From a virus, in IMG/VR virus record IMGVR_UViG_3300042907_001269, positions 22,908-86,907 of that record: a stretch of DNA of 64,000 bases; one strand, written 5' to 3'. Both the position numbers and the translations under genes were made by a program. Below, piece after piece: positions 9,717 to 21,665 of this stretch. Numbering within the stretch: position 1 is the first letter of the stretch; every line of letters begins with the position of its first letter. The notes under the pieces were generated by a model. The model had not been told where the DNA came from, ran no database searches, and was given only the letters and a program-made list of their open reading frames with translations.

Positions 9717-12700
9717 ATGGATAAGTACGTCAGCGGCAGACAAAGGAAACTCCAAGTAGGTTTATCTTCTTATAGTGAAGGAACTCAGGTAGTAGAAGTA
9801 ATTGGACGTGTAGGTATTGGTTCTACAGTCTTTGATGCCCAGTATGACTTAGACGTTCGTGGCAATACAAATCTTGGTGCTAATAGTTCTAATTTAATTA
9901 ATATTCCTGGAAGAATCTCTTCAAATTTATATCCATCTAGCGATGGTGTTTATGATATTGGTAGAGCTCCTCAAATTGGTTCTGGAGCAAATCGTTGGAA
10001 AGATGCTAATTTTCTTGGAAAGGGTACATTTAATGCTGGTGTAGATGCTCATGATATTGAAATTGGTGTAGGTGCTGCGAATTTAATTTATAGTACTTCT
10101 GGAAATTTAGAATTAAATTCTGACAGCGGAAGAACTAATATTGATGATAATCTAACTGTATCGGGAAATATTGGTGTAGGGTCTGTTAATCCTACATCAA
10201 AACTCTGGGTAACTGGTGATGGATATTTTACTGGTGTTGTAACTTCCTCTAACTTTTATGTTAATGGTGAATTAGTTGGTACTGGTGGTTCTTTAACCAA
10301 TCTTTATGTTTCTGGTATATCTACTTTCAGTGGACCTGTTGGATTAGGATCTTCGGTAGTAGACGTATATGGTAATGTAGGTATTGCTGGTTCTATTTTA
10401 ATTTCTACTGGTGCTGGAGTTAGTTGGGTTTCTCCTTTTGCTGCCGGTCTTCAAGGTACTCAAGGTCTTCAGGGTACTCAAGGAACTCAGGGAATCCAAG
10501 GTGAGCAGGGTACTCAAGGTCTTCAGGGTACTCAAGGAACCCAAGGTCTACAGGGTACACAAGGTACTCAAGGTCTTCAGGGTACTCAAGGAACTCAGGG
10601 AATCCAAGGTGAGCAGGGTACTCAAGGTCTTCAGGGTACTCAAGGAACTCAGGGAATCCAAGGTGAGCAGGGAACTCAAGGTCTTCAGGGTACTCAAGGA
10701 ACTCAGGGAATCCAAGGTGAGCAGGGTACTCAAGGTCTTCAGGGTACTCAAGGAACTCAAGGTCTTCAGGGTACTCAAGGAACTCAGGGAATTCAAGGTG
10801 AGCAGGGAACTCAAGGTCTTCAGGGTACTCAAGGAACTCAAGGTCTTCAGGGTACTCAAGGAACTCAAGGTCTTCAGGGAACTCAAGGAACCCAAGGTCT
10901 TCAGGGTACTCAAGGTACTCAGGGTCTTCAAGGAACTCAAGGAACCCAAGGTCTTCAGGGTACTCAAGGTACTCAAGGATTACAAGGAACTCAAGGAATT
11001 GAAGGTCCAGTAGCGGGTTCATCAGGCCAAGTTATCTATAAAGATGGTTCCAATAATCCTGTCGGTTCCAATAACCTAACCTTTGATGGTTCTAACTTAT
11101 ATGTTGGTGGGAACATTACCGTTGGTGGTACTACGGCATTCCTTGCTGTTAATGAACTTAAAGTTAATGATAAAGATATTATACTTGGTATTACCACCGA
11201 TGCTTTTGATAATGATATTTCTACCGATATAACCGCAAATCATGGTGGTATTGCAATTGCTTCTACGGAAGGAAGTCCATTAATTGACATTAGTATCGTT
11301 GGTATTGATAGTATTCCATCCACATACAAACAAATTATGTGGATTAAGGGTGGTACTTTGGGAGCAGGAACCACCGATGCTTGGTTATTCAACTATGGTG
11401 TTGGTATTGGTTCTACTCAAGTACCTAATGGAGTAAGACTTTCCGCTGGTGGTATGCAGGTTACTGATACCACAGTAACTTCTCCATACTTTGATGGTAT
11501 TGTTACAAAACAGGCAATTAAGGGTCAAATATCTACAAGTAGTGTAACTTCTGATGATTTGATTTTGATCTATGATAACACAACTGATCAAATTTATAAA
11601 TCAACAATTCAGGATGCCGCTCTTCAGGGTAGACAAGGTATTCAGGGTCTTCAGGGTACTCAAGGAACTCAGGGTCTTCAGGGAACTCAGGGCACTCAGG
11701 GTCTTCAGGGAACTCAGGGCACTCAGGGTCTTCAGGGTACTCAGGGAACTCAAGGTCTTCAGGGTACTCAAGGAACTCAGGGAATTCAAGGTGAGCAGGG
11801 AACTCAAGGTCTTCAGGGTACTCAGGGAACTCAAGGTCTTCAGGGTACTCAGGGAACCCAAGGTCTTCAGGGTACTCAAGGAACTCAAGGTCTTCAGGGT
11901 ACTCAAGGAACTCAGGGAATTCAAGGTGAGCAGGGAACTCAAGGTCTTCAGGGTACACAAGGTACTCAAGGTCTTCAGGGTACTCAAGGTACACAGGGTC
12001 TTCAGGGTACTCAAGGAACTCAGGGAATTCAAGGTGAGCAGGGAACTCAAGGTCTTCAGGGTACTCAAGGTACACAGGGTCTTCAGGGTCTTCAGGGTAC
12101 ACAAGGTACTCAAGGTCTTCAGGGTACTCAAGGTACACAGGGTCTTCAGGGTACGCAAGGAACTCAGGGTCTTCAGGGTACGCAAGGAACTCAAGGAATT
12201 CAAGGTGAGCAGGGAACTCAGGGAACTCAAGGTCTTCAGGGTACGCAAGGTACTCAAGGAATCCAAGGTGAGCAGGGTACTCAGGGTCTACAGGGTACGC
12301 AAGGAACTCAAGGAATTCAAGGTGAGCAGGGAACTCAGGGTCTTCAGGGTACTCAAGGAACCCAAGGTCTTCAGGGTACTCAAGGAACTCAGGGTCTTCA
12401 GGGTCTTCAGGGTACGCAAGGAACTCAAGGAATTCAAGGTGAGCAGGGAACTCAGGGTCTTCAGGGTACGCAAGGTACTCAAGGTACTCAAGGTCTTCAG
12501 GGTACTCAAGGTACACAGGGTCTTCAGGGTACTCAAGGTATTCAAGGACAGCAAGGTATTCAAGGTACTCAAGGAATTCAAGGTGAGCAGGGTACTCAAG
12601 GTCTACAGGGTACACAAGGTACTCAAGGTCTTCAGGGTACTCAAGGAACTCAGGGTCTTCAGGGTACTCAAGGAACTCAAGGAACTCAAGGAATTCAAGG

Positions 12701-15700
12701 TGAGCAGGGTACTCAAGGTCTACAGGGTACACAAGGTACTCAAGGTCTTCAGGGTACTCAAGGAACTCAGGGTCTTCAGGGTACTCAAGGAACTCAAGGA
12801 ACTCAAGGTCTTCAGGGTCTGATTGGTCCTATTGCCGGTTCTGATACTGAGGTAATTTTTAATGATGCAGGAGTTTCTGGAGCTTCTTCTAACTTTACGT
12901 TCAATAAAAATACCTCAACCGTTCAAATTGGAGGAGTTTCTGGTACTGGAATTGGCATTAACACCAATACAATTACTGGTCCTTCCGAACTGATTATTGA
13001 CCCTGCTGGTGTAGGTGTTGATACTGGTGTCGTAAGAATTAAAGGTGACTTATATGTAGACGGAACCACAACCACAATTAATTCTACCATTGTAGAGATT
13101 GCTGATGCTCAAATAGGCATAGCAACAACAGTAGGAACCAATTTACTTCTTGATGGTGCCGGAATCGGTATTGGGTCTACTAATATTCGTAAGACTTTAA
13201 CCTATGATTTCTCAAGTGATTCATTAAAATCAAGTGAAAACTTTGATTTAGAAAATAATAAAGTTTATAAAATTAATGAAGTTGAAGTACTTTCTTCAAC
13301 TACTCTAGGAACAGGAGTTACAATATCAAGTATTAGAAGTGTATCACCAGGTTTAATTTCCGATAGACCTGAAGTATCAGCAACTGCCGATGATTATATT
13401 CTTTATTATGATAATCTTGATGGAACTCTGAAGAAGTCCACAATTCAAAATGCCGCCCTTCAGGGTGTTCAAGGTACTCAAGGACTTCAGGGTACTCAAG
13501 GTCTTCAAGGAACCCAAGGTCTTCAGGGAACCCAAGGCACTCAGGGTACTCAAGGTCTCCAAGGAACCCAAGGCACTCAGGGTACTCAAGGTCTTCAGGG
13601 TACTCAAGGAGCACAAGGTACTCAAGGTCTTCAGGGTACTCAAGGAGCACAAGGTACTCAAGGTCTTCAGGGTACTCAAGGAGCACAAGGTACTCAAGGA
13701 TTACAAGGAACCCAAGGTACTCAGGGTACTCAAGGTCTTCAGGGTACTCAAGGTCTTCAGGGTACTCAAGGTCTTCAGGGTACTCAAGGTCTTCAGGGTA
13801 CTCAAGGAGCACAAGGTACTCAAGGTCTTCAGGGTACTCAAGGTCTTCAGGGTACTCAAGGTCTTCAGGGTACTCAAGGATTACAGGGTACTCAAGGATT
13901 ACAAGGAACCCAAGGCACTCAGGGTACTCAAGGTCTTCAGGGTACTCAAGGAGCACAAGGTACTCAGGGTACTCAAGGATTACAAGGAACCCAAGGTACT
14001 CAGGGTACTCAAGGTCTTCAGGGTACTCAAGGTCTTCAGGGTACTCAAGGTCTTCAGGGTACTCAAGGATTACAGGGTACTCAAGGATTACAAGGAACCC
14101 AAGGCACTCAGGGTACTCAAGGTCTACAAGGTACTCAAGGTCTTCAGGGTACTCAAGGAGCACAAGGTACTCAAGGTCTTCAGGGTACTCAAGGTCTCCA
14201 AGGAACCCAAGGTACTCAGGGAACTCAAGGATTACAAGGAACCCAAGGTACTCAAGGTACTCAAGGTCTTCAGGGAACTCAAGGTTTAACGGGACCAATA
14301 GCAGGTTCTAACTCTCAAGTTATTTTTAACAATAATAATGTTTCTGCCGGAGCTACTAACTTTGTATATGATGCTGTAAATCAAAGAGTTGGTATTGGAA
14401 CCACAGTTCCAACAACAAACTTAGATGTAAATGGTGGTATTAGACTTCGTGGTTCTCTCTTTGATAAGGATAATGAACCTGGAGCACCAGGGCAAGTTCT
14501 CGCATCAACTGGTTCTGGAGTAGATTGGGTTGCTGCCGCCGCTGCTGGCGCAATTACTGGTATTACAATTCGTGAGGAAGGTTCTGTTGTAGGAACTACA
14601 GATAGTGTTAATTCTGTTAATTTTGTAGGACCAAATGTAACTGCAACAGCATCTGGTGCTGGCGCAACTATCACAATTGCCGATTATGTTTCTAATGCCG
14701 GTATCGCCACAAATCTAAAAGGCGGTGCTACTGGTAATATACCTTATCAGTCTTCACCTGATAATACTGTATTCTTGGCAAATGGCACATCTGGGTATGT
14801 TCTTCAATCAAATGGAGTTGGTGCCGCACCTACTTGGGTTCCTGCCGCTGCCGCTGGCGCAATTACTGGTATTACAATTCGTGAAGAAGGTTCTGTTGTA
14901 GGAACTCCGGATAGTGTTAATTCCATTAACTTTGTAAGTGGAAATCTAACCGCAACCGCAACCGGAGTAGGCGCAACAATCGCCCTAACTGATACTCCTA
15001 CATTTACTGGTCTTACTGTTAATGGTACTACCAATATTAATTCAAATTTAAATGTTAGTGGAAACATAACTGTCGGTGGTACTACGGCATTTATTTCTGT
15101 TAATGAACTAGTTGTTAGAGATAAAGATATTATATTAGGATTTACAACAAATGCCCTCAATCAGGATGTTTCTACAGACACTACGGCAAATCACGGTGGT
15201 ATTGCTATTGCTTCTACCGAAGGTACTCCACTAGTTGATATTAGTGTCGTTGGTATTGATAGTATTGCTTCCACATATAAGCAAATTATGTGGATTAAGG
15301 GTGGTACTTTGGGTGCCGGTACTACTGATGCATGGTTATTCAACTATGGTGTTGGTATTGGAAGCACTCAAGTACCAAATGGAGTTCGTTTGGCAGTCGG
15401 TGGAGTTCATATTACCGATAGTCAAATTACCGCAACCAGATTTAATGGAACTGCTAGTAATCTTGATATTAATGGATTACCTACCGTTACAGACCCTCAA
15501 AGTGGTGACTTTATTGCACTTTATGATGTAAGTGGAACTGTTGTAGGAAAGGCAACGATACAGAATGCCGCTCTTCAGGGACTCCAAGGTACTCAAGGAT
15601 TACAAGGAACTCAGGGTCTTCAGGGTACTCAGGGAAGACAAGGTACTCAAGGTCTTCAGGGAACCCAAGGTACACAAGGTACTCAAGGACTCCAAGGTAC

Positions 15701-18700
15701 TCAGGGTACACAAGGTACTCAGGGTCTTCAGGGTACTCAAGGAGCACAAGGAACTCAGGGTCTTCAGGGTACTCAAGGAGCACAAGGAACTCAAGGACTT
15801 CAGGGTACTCAAGGAAACCAAGGTACTCAAGGATTACAGGGTACTCAAGGAACCCAAGGTACTCAAGGATTACAGGGTACTCAAGGTCTTCAAGGTACTC
15901 AGGGTACTCAAGGAACCCAAGGTTTACAAGGAACTCAGGGACTCCAAGGTACTCAAGGATTACAAGGAACTCAGGGACTCCAAGGTACACAAGGTCTACA
16001 AGGTACTCAGGGACTTCAGGGAACCCAAGGTTTACAAGGAACTCAGGGACTTCAGGGAACTCAGGGAAGACAAGGTCTTCAGGGTACTCAGGGAACTCAA
16101 GGTACTCAAGGTCTTCAGGGAACACAAGGTACTCAGGGTACTCAAGGTACTCAAGGTCTTCAGGGTACTCAAGGAACTCAAGGTTTAACGGGACCAGTTG
16201 CTGGTACTGACAAACAAGTTATTTTTAACAACAATAATGTATCTGCGGGTGCTACTAACTTTGTATATGATGCAGTAAATCAGAGTGTTGGTATTGGAAC
16301 AGTAAGTCCAGGAGCAGGAATTAAACTTGATGTTGTTGGTGGAGAAATCAAGGCAGGTAGAGTTGATACATCTAATGAAGGTGGTCAGTTAAGTTTTGGT
16401 AGAGCAACTGATAATGCAACTGCTTGGTATATTGATGTTTATGGTAATACTTCAACACCAAATCTTCGTTTTGTTGATGTTAGTAATGCGGCAGTAAGAG
16501 CTCAAATTGATGGTTCTGGAAACTTTGTTTTTGAGAGTCCTATTGAATTAAATTCTACATTAAAGGACATTTATAATAATGTAGGTGCTGCTGGTTCTAT
16601 TTTAGTTTCTACTGGTGCTGGAGTTTCTTGGACTACGCCTTTTGCTGCTGGAATTCAAGGTCTTCAGGGTACTCAGGGCACACAAGGTACACAAGGTACT
16701 CAAGGATTACAAGGAACTCAAGGTACTCAGGGAGCTCAAGGTCTTCAGGGTACTCAGGGTATTCAAGGACGCCAAGGTCTACAGGGTACTCAAGGCACTC
16801 AAGGTACTCAGGGAACTCAAGGTCTTCAGGGAACTCAAGGAACTCAAGGAACTCAAGGTCTTCAGGGAACTCAAGGAACTCAAGGTCTACAGGGTACTCA
16901 GGGTCTACAGGGTACTCAAGGTACTCAGGGCACACAAGGTACACAAGGTACACAAGGTACACAAGGTACTCAAGGATTACAAGGAACTCAAGGTACTCAG
17001 GGAACTCAAGGTCTTCAGGGTACTCAGGGTATTCAAGGACGCCAAGGTCTACAGGGTACTCAAGGCACTCAAGGTCTACAGGGTACTCAAGGTACTCAAG
17101 GAACTCAAGGCACTCAAGGTACTCAGGGAACTCAAGGTCTTCAGGGAACTCAAGGAACTCAAGGAATCACTGGTCCAGTAGCAGGTTCTAATACTCAAGT
17201 AATCTTTAATGATAATGGAGTTTCTGGTGCCTCCGCAAACTTTACATTCAATAAAAACACTTCAACAGTTCAAATTGGTGGAGTAAGTGGTACTGGTATT
17301 GGAATTAATACTAACACTATTACTGGACCTGCAGAATTAATTATTGATCCAGCAGCAATTGGAAATGATACTGGAGTGGTAAGAATCAAAGGTGATTTAT
17401 ATGTAGATGGAACACAAACTATTATAAACTCCACCACAATTGAACTAGCGGACCTAAGAGTTGGTATTGCGACTACTATAGGAACAAGTCTACTTCTTGA
17501 TGGTGGTGGTATTGGTATTGGTTCTGCAAATATAGTCAAGACAATCCTTTGGAATCATACTGCACAAGCATTAACTTCAAGTGAAGATTGGAATCTTGCA
17601 TCTGGTAAGTCTTATGAGATTAATGGAACATCAGTTCTCAACGCAACAACACTCGGTTCTGGAGTTACTGATTCTTCACTTAGAAAAGTTGCTCCTCAAA
17701 TTATTTCAGACAGAGTAGAACTTACTGCACCAGAAGTTCAGTCTGGAGATTACTTATTGCTTTATGATGTAAGTGATGGTCAGTTAAAGAAAGCAACAAT
17801 ACAGAATGCCGCCCTACAAGGTCTCCAGGGAACACAGGGTATTCAGGGTCGCCAAGGTCTTCAAGGAACTCAAGGTACTCAAGGTACTCAAGGTACTCAG
17901 GGAACTCAAGGTCTCCAGGGTACTCAAGGCACTCAAGGAACCCAAGGTCTTCAGGGTACTCAAGGTACTCAAGGAACTCAAGGTCTTCAAGGAACCCAAG
18001 GTCTTCAAGGAACCCAAGGTCTTCAAGGAACCCAAGGTCTTCAAGGAACCCAAGGACTCCAGGGTACTCAAGGTCTTCAGGGTACACAGGGAACACAAGG
18101 TACTCAGGGTCTTCAGGGTACACAAGGACTCCAAGGAACCCAAGGATTACAGGGTACTCAAGGTCTACAGGGAACTCAAGGATTACAGGGTACTCAAGGT
18201 CTCCAAGGTACTCAAGGATTACAGGGTACTCAGGGGACACAAGGTACACAAGGTCTTCAGGGAACTCAGGGTCTCCAAGGTACCCAAGGTCTTCAAGGTA
18301 CTCAAGGTCTTCAGGGTACTCAAAGTACTCAAGGAACCCAAGGTCTTCAGGGTGCTCAAGGTCTTCAGGGATTACAGGGTGTTCAAGGAAATAATAATGG
18401 TGGAGTAACTGTTGTTAATGATGTTTCTACAAATGCTCTTCGTTATATTGTATTTGAAGATGTAACTTCTGGAGTTTCCACAAATGTTGGAGTTTCCAGC
18501 ACCAAACTGACCTTTAATCCTTCAACTGGTAATGTTGGTGTAGGAACCACAAATCCAGCAAATAAACTACAAGTTTCTGGTGGTAGTATTTTATTAGACA
18601 ATGGTACATCTGCTACAGTAAATACTTCTGCACATATTGGATTTGGTACAAATCTTGTTAGTAGAATAGTAGGAAGAGATAATAATACTGGACTTGGATT

Positions 18701-19472
18701 TTTAGCATTTCTTCCATCTGGAGTTGAAGCAGCAAGATTTAATAATTCTGGCAATTTGGGAATAGGAACCACAAATCCAGGAACTAGTAAACTTTCTGTT
18801 CTTGGTACTGTTGGAATTTCTGAATCAGGTAATTCAACGAATGTTGGTGGAAGAACCCAATTATCATCAAGTGGTAGTGGATTTGTATTAAATCATAATG
18901 ATAATTCACCAATTATATTCCAAACTCTGGGTGCAGAAAGATATAGATGGGACCACACTGCAGCAGCACTTTTTATTGGAAGAACAAGTTCTACTGGAAC
19001 CTCATCACAAGCACTTCAAGTTGGTTCTGCTACTACTGCTTTGGGTGCTTATGTTTCTGGTTCTGTTGGTATTGGAACCACAAACCCATCCTACAAACTA
19101 CACGTTGTTGGTTCCTTCGGTGCCACAACCAAGTCCTTCGTCGTTCCTCACCCAACAAAACCAGGTAAAACGCTCCAGTACGGTTCTCTTGAAAGCCCTT
19201 ATCACGGTATTCGCCTGACTGGAAAAGGAACGATTGAGAATGGTAAGTGCGTTGTGAAACTTCCTGATTATATCTCTGCTTTCGTCAAGGAAGATGGAGT
19301 GAATATTCATATCACAAATATCAAGCACGGAGAAGTTCTTTGGGTAGAAGAGATTGATGTTGCAAACAACAACTTCACTATTCAAACGAAGAGAACCAGA
19401 GGAACTTATGAGTTCTATTGGGACTTCACCGCAATCAGAAAAGACGTTGCTGACCTAGAAGTGGAGATTTGA
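9717..19472 (+). CDS. giant collagen-like fibre protein (3251 aa) with a C-terminal intramolecular chaperone-like domain
   Basis: Six (G-X-Q)n blocks alternate with duplicated beta-rich modules and VGIGT motifs. C-terminus [24 protein letters not shown] resembles autocleaved fibre chaperones. Confidence 0.85.
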   Translation: MDKYVSGRQRKLQVGLSSYSEGTQVVEVIGRVGIGSTVFDAQYDLDVRGNTNLGANSSNLINIPGRISSNLYPSSDGVYDIGRAPQIGSGANRWKDANFLGKGTFNAGVDAHDIEIGVGAANLIYSTSGNLELNSDSGRTNIDDNLTVSGNIGVGSVNPTSKLWVTGDGYFTGVVTSSNFYVNGELVGTGGSLTNLYVSGISTFSGPVGLGSSVVDVYGNVGIAGSILISTGAGVSWVSPFAAGLQGTQGLQGTQGTQGIQGEQGTQGLQGTQGTQGLQGTQGTQGLQGTQGTQGIQGEQGTQGLQGTQGTQGIQGEQGTQGLQGTQGTQGIQGEQGTQGLQGTQGTQGLQGTQGTQGIQGEQGTQGLQGTQGTQGLQGTQGTQGLQGTQGTQGLQGTQGTQGLQGTQGTQGLQGTQGTQGLQGTQGIEGPVAGSSGQVIYKDGSNNPVGSNNLTFDGSNLYVGGNITVGGTTAFLAVNELKVNDKDIILGITTDAFDNDISTDITANHGGIAIASTEGSPLIDISIVGIDSIPSTYKQIMWIKGGTLGAGTTDAWLFNYGVGIGSTQVPNGVRLSAGGMQVTDTTVTSPYFDGIVTKQAIKGQISTSSVTSDDLILIYDNTTDQIYKSTIQDAALQGRQGIQGLQGTQGTQGLQGTQGTQGLQGTQGTQGLQGTQGTQGLQGTQGTQGIQGEQGTQGLQGTQGTQGLQGTQGTQGLQGTQGTQGLQGTQGTQGIQGEQGTQGLQGTQGTQGLQGTQGTQGLQGTQGTQGIQGEQGTQGLQGTQGTQGLQGLQGTQGTQGLQGTQGTQGLQGTQGTQGLQGTQGTQGIQGEQGTQGTQGLQGTQGTQGIQGEQGTQGLQGTQGTQGIQGEQGTQGLQGTQGTQGLQGTQGTQGLQGLQGTQGTQGIQGEQGTQGLQGTQGTQGTQGLQGTQGTQGLQGTQGIQGQQGIQGTQGIQGEQGTQGLQGTQGTQGLQGTQGTQGLQGTQGTQGTQGIQGEQGTQGLQGTQGTQGLQGTQGTQGLQGTQGTQGTQGLQGLIGPIAGSDTEVIFNDAGVSGASSNFTFNKNTSTVQIGGVSGTGIGINTNTITGPSELIIDPAGVGVDTGVVRIKGDLYVDGTTTTINSTIVEIADAQIGIATTVGTNLLLDGAGIGIGSTNIRKTLTYDFSSDSLKSSENFDLENNKVYKINEVEVLSSTTLGTGVTISSIRSVSPGLISDRPEVSATADDYILYYDNLDGTLKKSTIQNAALQGVQGTQGLQGTQGLQGTQGLQGTQGTQGTQGLQGTQGTQGTQGLQGTQGAQGTQGLQGTQGAQGTQGLQGTQGAQGTQGLQGTQGTQGTQGLQGTQGLQGTQGLQGTQGLQGTQGAQGTQGLQGTQGLQGTQGLQGTQGLQGTQGLQGTQGTQGTQGLQGTQGAQGTQGTQGLQGTQGTQGTQGLQGTQGLQGTQGLQGTQGLQGTQGLQGTQGTQGTQGLQGTQGLQGTQGAQGTQGLQGTQGLQGTQGTQGTQGLQGTQGTQGTQGLQGTQGLTGPIAGSNSQVIFNNNNVSAGATNFVYDAVNQRVGIGTTVPTTNLDVNGGIRLRGSLFDKDNEPGAPGQVLASTGSGVDWVAAAAAGAITGITIREEGSVVGTTDSVNSVNFVGPNVTATASGAGATITIADYVSNAGIATNLKGGATGNIPYQSSPDNTVFLANGTSGYVLQSNGVGAAPTWVPAAAAGAITGITIREEGSVVGTPDSVNSINFVSGNLTATATGVGATIALTDTPTFTGLTVNGTTNINSNLNVSGNITVGGTTAFISVNELVVRDKDIILGFTTNALNQDVSTDTTANHGGIAIASTEGTPLVDISVVGIDSIASTYKQIMWIKGGTLGAGTTDAWLFNYGVGIGSTQVPNGVRLAVGGVHITDSQITATRFNGTASNLDINGLPTVTDPQSGDFIALYDVSGTVVGKATIQNAALQGLQGTQGLQGTQGLQGTQGRQGTQGLQGTQGTQGTQGLQGTQGTQGTQGLQGTQGAQGTQGLQGTQGAQGTQGLQGTQGNQGTQGLQGTQGTQGTQGLQGTQGLQGTQGTQGTQGLQGTQGLQGTQGLQGTQGLQGTQGLQGTQGLQGTQGLQGTQGLQGTQGRQGLQGTQGTQGTQGLQGTQGTQGTQGTQGLQGTQGTQGLTGPVAGTDKQVIFNNNNVSAGATNFVYDAVNQSVGIGTVSPGAGIKLDVVGGEIKAGRVDTSNEGGQLSFGRATDNATAWYIDVYGNTSTPNLRFVDVSNAAVRAQIDGSGNFVFESPIELNSTLKDIYNNVGAAGSILVSTGAGVSWTTPFAAGIQGLQGTQGTQGTQGTQGLQGTQGTQGAQGLQGTQGIQGRQGLQGTQGTQGTQGTQGLQGTQGTQGTQGLQGTQGTQGLQGTQGLQGTQGTQGTQGTQGTQGTQGTQGLQGTQGTQGTQGLQGTQGIQGRQGLQGTQGTQGLQGTQGTQGTQGTQGTQGTQGLQGTQGTQGITGPVAGSNTQVIFNDNGVSGASANFTFNKNTSTVQIGGVSGTGIGINTNTITGPAELIIDPAAIGNDTGVVRIKGDLYVDGTQTIINSTTIELADLRVGIATTIGTSLLLDGGGIGIGSANIVKTILWNHTAQALTSSEDWNLASGKSYEINGTSVLNATTLGSGVTDSSLRKVAPQIISDRVELTAPEVQSGDYLLLYDVSDGQLKKATIQNAALQGLQGTQGIQGRQGLQGTQGTQGTQGTQGTQGLQGTQGTQGTQGLQGTQGTQGTQGLQGTQGLQGTQGLQGTQGLQGTQGLQGTQGLQGTQGTQGTQGLQGTQGLQGTQGLQGTQGLQGTQGLQGTQGLQGTQGLQGTQGTQGTQGLQGTQGLQGTQGLQGTQGLQGTQSTQGTQGLQGAQGLQGLQGVQGNNNGGVTVVNDVSTNALRYIVFEDVTSGVSTNVGVSSTKLTFNPSTGNVGVGTTNPANKLQVSGGSILLDNGTSATVNTSAHIGFGTNLVSRIVGRDNNTGLGFLAFLPSGVEAARFNNSGNLGIGTTNPGTSKLSVLGTVGISESGNSTNVGGRTQLSSSGSGFVLNHNDNSPIIFQTLGAERYRWDHTAAALFIGRTSSTGTSSQALQVGSATTALGAYVSGSVGIGTTNPSYKLHVVGSFGATTKSFVVPHPTKPGKTLQYGSLESPYHGIRLTGKGTIENGKCVVKLPDYISAFVKEDGVNIHITNIKHGEVLWVEEIDVANNNFTIQTKRTRGTYEFYWDFTAIRKDVADLEVEI
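10446..18389 (+). repeat. six blocks of 9-bp collagen repeats (GGN-ACT/CTT-CAR), approximately 10446-11009, 11628-12830, 13464-14297, 15579-16196, 16650-17177, 17820-18389
   Basis: Tandem ggtactcaa/ggtcttcag repeats encoding [15 protein letters not shown] and GRQ are directly visible. Confidence 0.95.
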
Positions 19473-19473
19473 T

Positions 19474-20172
19474 ATGACGATTGGTTATGGTCCCTCAATA
19501 GTTACTTCAGGATTAGTTCTTGCTCTAGACGCAGCAGATAGAAACTCATATCCTGGTTCTGGAACCACTTGGACTGATTTGACTGGTCGTGGAAATAATG
19601 GAACTTTAACGAATGGACCGACTTATAGTAGTTCTAATGGTGGGTCTATTGTTTTTGATGGGACGAATGATTATGTGAATACTGTTACAGCAACTTCGTT
19701 AGGTATCAATTCAGCATCTACTTCTTTTACTATTAGTGTTTGGTTTAAAACAACTGGAACTCTTGAATATTATTTGTTTGACAACTATAATGGTAATGTT
19801 AATATAGACATAAGTTTAAGAATTGATGGAGGAAGATTTGAAGTTTATATGGCAGCAACAGGGGCAATTGATAGTGTTCAGTTTGGTTCTGGATATAATA
19901 ATGGTGCTTGGCATAATTTTACACTTACTTGGAATGGTTCAAATAGAATAAATGCTTATGCGGATAGTATTAATATTGGATCTAATACAACTTCTATAAC
20001 TGGTTCATTTGAATCTAATGCTGCATTTCAGATAGGATTCAGACCAGTAGGTGGAATTAATACATACTACTTTCCCGGAAACATATCACAAGTCTCTGTA
20101 TACAACAGAGCACTCACAGCATCAGAAATCCAACAAAACTTCAACGCAACTCGTAGTAGGTTTGGTATCTAA
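19474..20172 (+). CDS. LamG / concanavalin-A-like lectin domain protein 1
   Basis: LVLALDAADRNSYPGSGTTWTDL..GN, FDGTNDY, ISVWFK, YNRALTASEIQQNF. Confidence 0.85.
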   Translation: MTIGYGPSIVTSGLVLALDAADRNSYPGSGTTWTDLTGRGNNGTLTNGPTYSSSNGGSIVFDGTNDYVNTVTATSLGINSASTSFTISVWFKTTGTLEYYLFDNYNGNVNIDISLRIDGGRFEVYMAATGAIDSVQFGSGYNNGAWHNFTLTWNGSNRINAYADSINIGSNTTSITGSFESNAAFQIGFRPVGGINTYYFPGNISQVSVYNRALTASEIQQNFNATRSRFGI

Positions 20173-20174
20173 AA

Positions 20175-20846
20175 ATGGCACTTTCTCACGGACCACCGAT
20201 AGTTACGAATGGTTTAGTATTAGCACTTGATGCGGCAGATAGAAACTCATATCCAGGTTCTGGAACCACCTGGACTGATTTGAGTGGTAGAGGTAATAAT
20301 GGAACTCTTACAACTGGACCGACTTTTAGTAGTTCTAATGGTGGATCTATTGTTTTTGATGGTACTGATGACTTTATTGATTTTACTTCAGACTCCAATT
20401 TACTTCCAACAGCAGGACTAACAGTTTCTGCTTGGATAAAGACTACTGTTGCTGATAGATGGATAGTAACTAAAACGAGTTCTTCTACTGTAAATGGATA
20501 TGCCCTTAATGTTAGTGGTGCTGGGTTGGCAGGATTTGCTGTAAATAATGCAGGTGCAAGTACTTCTGCTGTTATTACTACTGGTGCCTGGATTAATTTA
20601 GTAGGAACCTGGACTCCTTCAACTTCTATAAGAATGTACCGAAATGGAGTATTAGACAGTACAAATACAACTTCAATACCTGCTTCTATTATAGAACCAT
20701 CTTATACCATAGAAATTGGAAGAAGACCTAATGGACCTGATTACTTGAACGGAAACATAGCACAAGTTTCCATCTACAATAGAGCACTCACAGCATCAGA
20801 AGTCTCACAAAACTTTAATGCCCTTAGAGGCAGATTTAATATCTAA
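20175..20846 (+). CDS. LamG / concanavalin-A-like lectin domain protein 2
   Basis: Same N- and C-terminal motifs as 19474, with a different core. Confidence 0.85.
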   Translation: MALSHGPPIVTNGLVLALDAADRNSYPGSGTTWTDLSGRGNNGTLTTGPTFSSSNGGSIVFDGTDDFIDFTSDSNLLPTAGLTVSAWIKTTVADRWIVTKTSSSTVNGYALNVSGAGLAGFAVNNAGASTSAVITTGAWINLVGTWTPSTSIRMYRNGVLDSTNTTSIPASIIEPSYTIEIGRRPNGPDYLNGNIAQVSIYNRALTASEVSQNFNALRGRFNI

Positions 20847-20858
20847 GAGGTAGAGAAA

Positions 20859-21611
20859 ATGGCAGCGTCTTCAGGTCCTGATATTGTAGATAGTGGATTA
20901 GTTCTAGCACTTGATGCGGCAGATAGAAACTCATATCCTGGTTCTGGAACGACTTGGACTGATTTGAGTGGTAATGGGAATAATTTTACTCTTGTTAATC
21001 CATCATATTATTCCTATAGTTCATCAAATAGTGGTTCAATAGCATTTACAAGAACATTACCACCAACAGCAGAAGATGGTGGATATGCCACATTAAACAC
21101 TTCTGGAATTTTAACAGCAGCAAATTATTTACATAATAATCATACAACAGAAGTGTGGTTTAAATCAAATGATAGAAATCCCACAAATTATAATGGAACG
21201 GAAAATGTAAGTGTAATAGCAACATATACTGGATTTCATAATATGTGGTACTATGATTCGATATCTTATAGATATGTGATATGGGGAAGAACCTCTGGGG
21301 TTAATAATGTTTATGAACTTTCTTTTTCGGATACATCTTCTGGAGTTTGGACGCAGTTAGTTGCCGTAAGAAATGGAACGACTTTAACTTTATATAAAAA
21401 TGGAGTGTCTCAAACAAGTGGAACTATAACTTCTGGAACTGAAGGAACTCCAAGTGATAACCGTATAAGAATTGCTACTGCAAATTATGGTGGAGATTAT
21501 AGTTGGCATTCAAATCTTAATTTTGCCACTTTAAAAATGTATACACGAGCACTCACAGCATCAGAAGTCTCACAAAACTTCAACGCAACTCGCAGTAGGT
21601 TTGGTATTTAA
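20859..21611 (+). CDS. LamG / concanavalin-A-like lectin domain protein 3
   Basis: Same terminal motifs, divergent core. Confidence 0.83.
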   Translation: MAASSGPDIVDSGLVLALDAADRNSYPGSGTTWTDLSGNGNNFTLVNPSYYSYSSSNSGSIAFTRTLPPTAEDGGYATLNTSGILTAANYLHNNHTTEVWFKSNDRNPTNYNGTENVSVIATYTGFHNMWYYDSISYRYVIWGRTSGVNNVYELSFSDTSSGVWTQLVAVRNGTTLTLYKNGVSQTSGTITSGTEGTPSDNRIRIATANYGGDYSWHSNLNFATLKMYTRALTASEVSQNFNATRSRFGI

Positions 21612-21665
21612 AAAATGTTACTCACTTTAATGTCTAATAAATACTTAACAAAAGGAATATAGGGG

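Noticed and set aside
18322-18327. Gly-to-Ser break (QSTQ) in the last collagen block
   Set aside because: A single-base change that could be drift or sequencing error; not interpretable alone.
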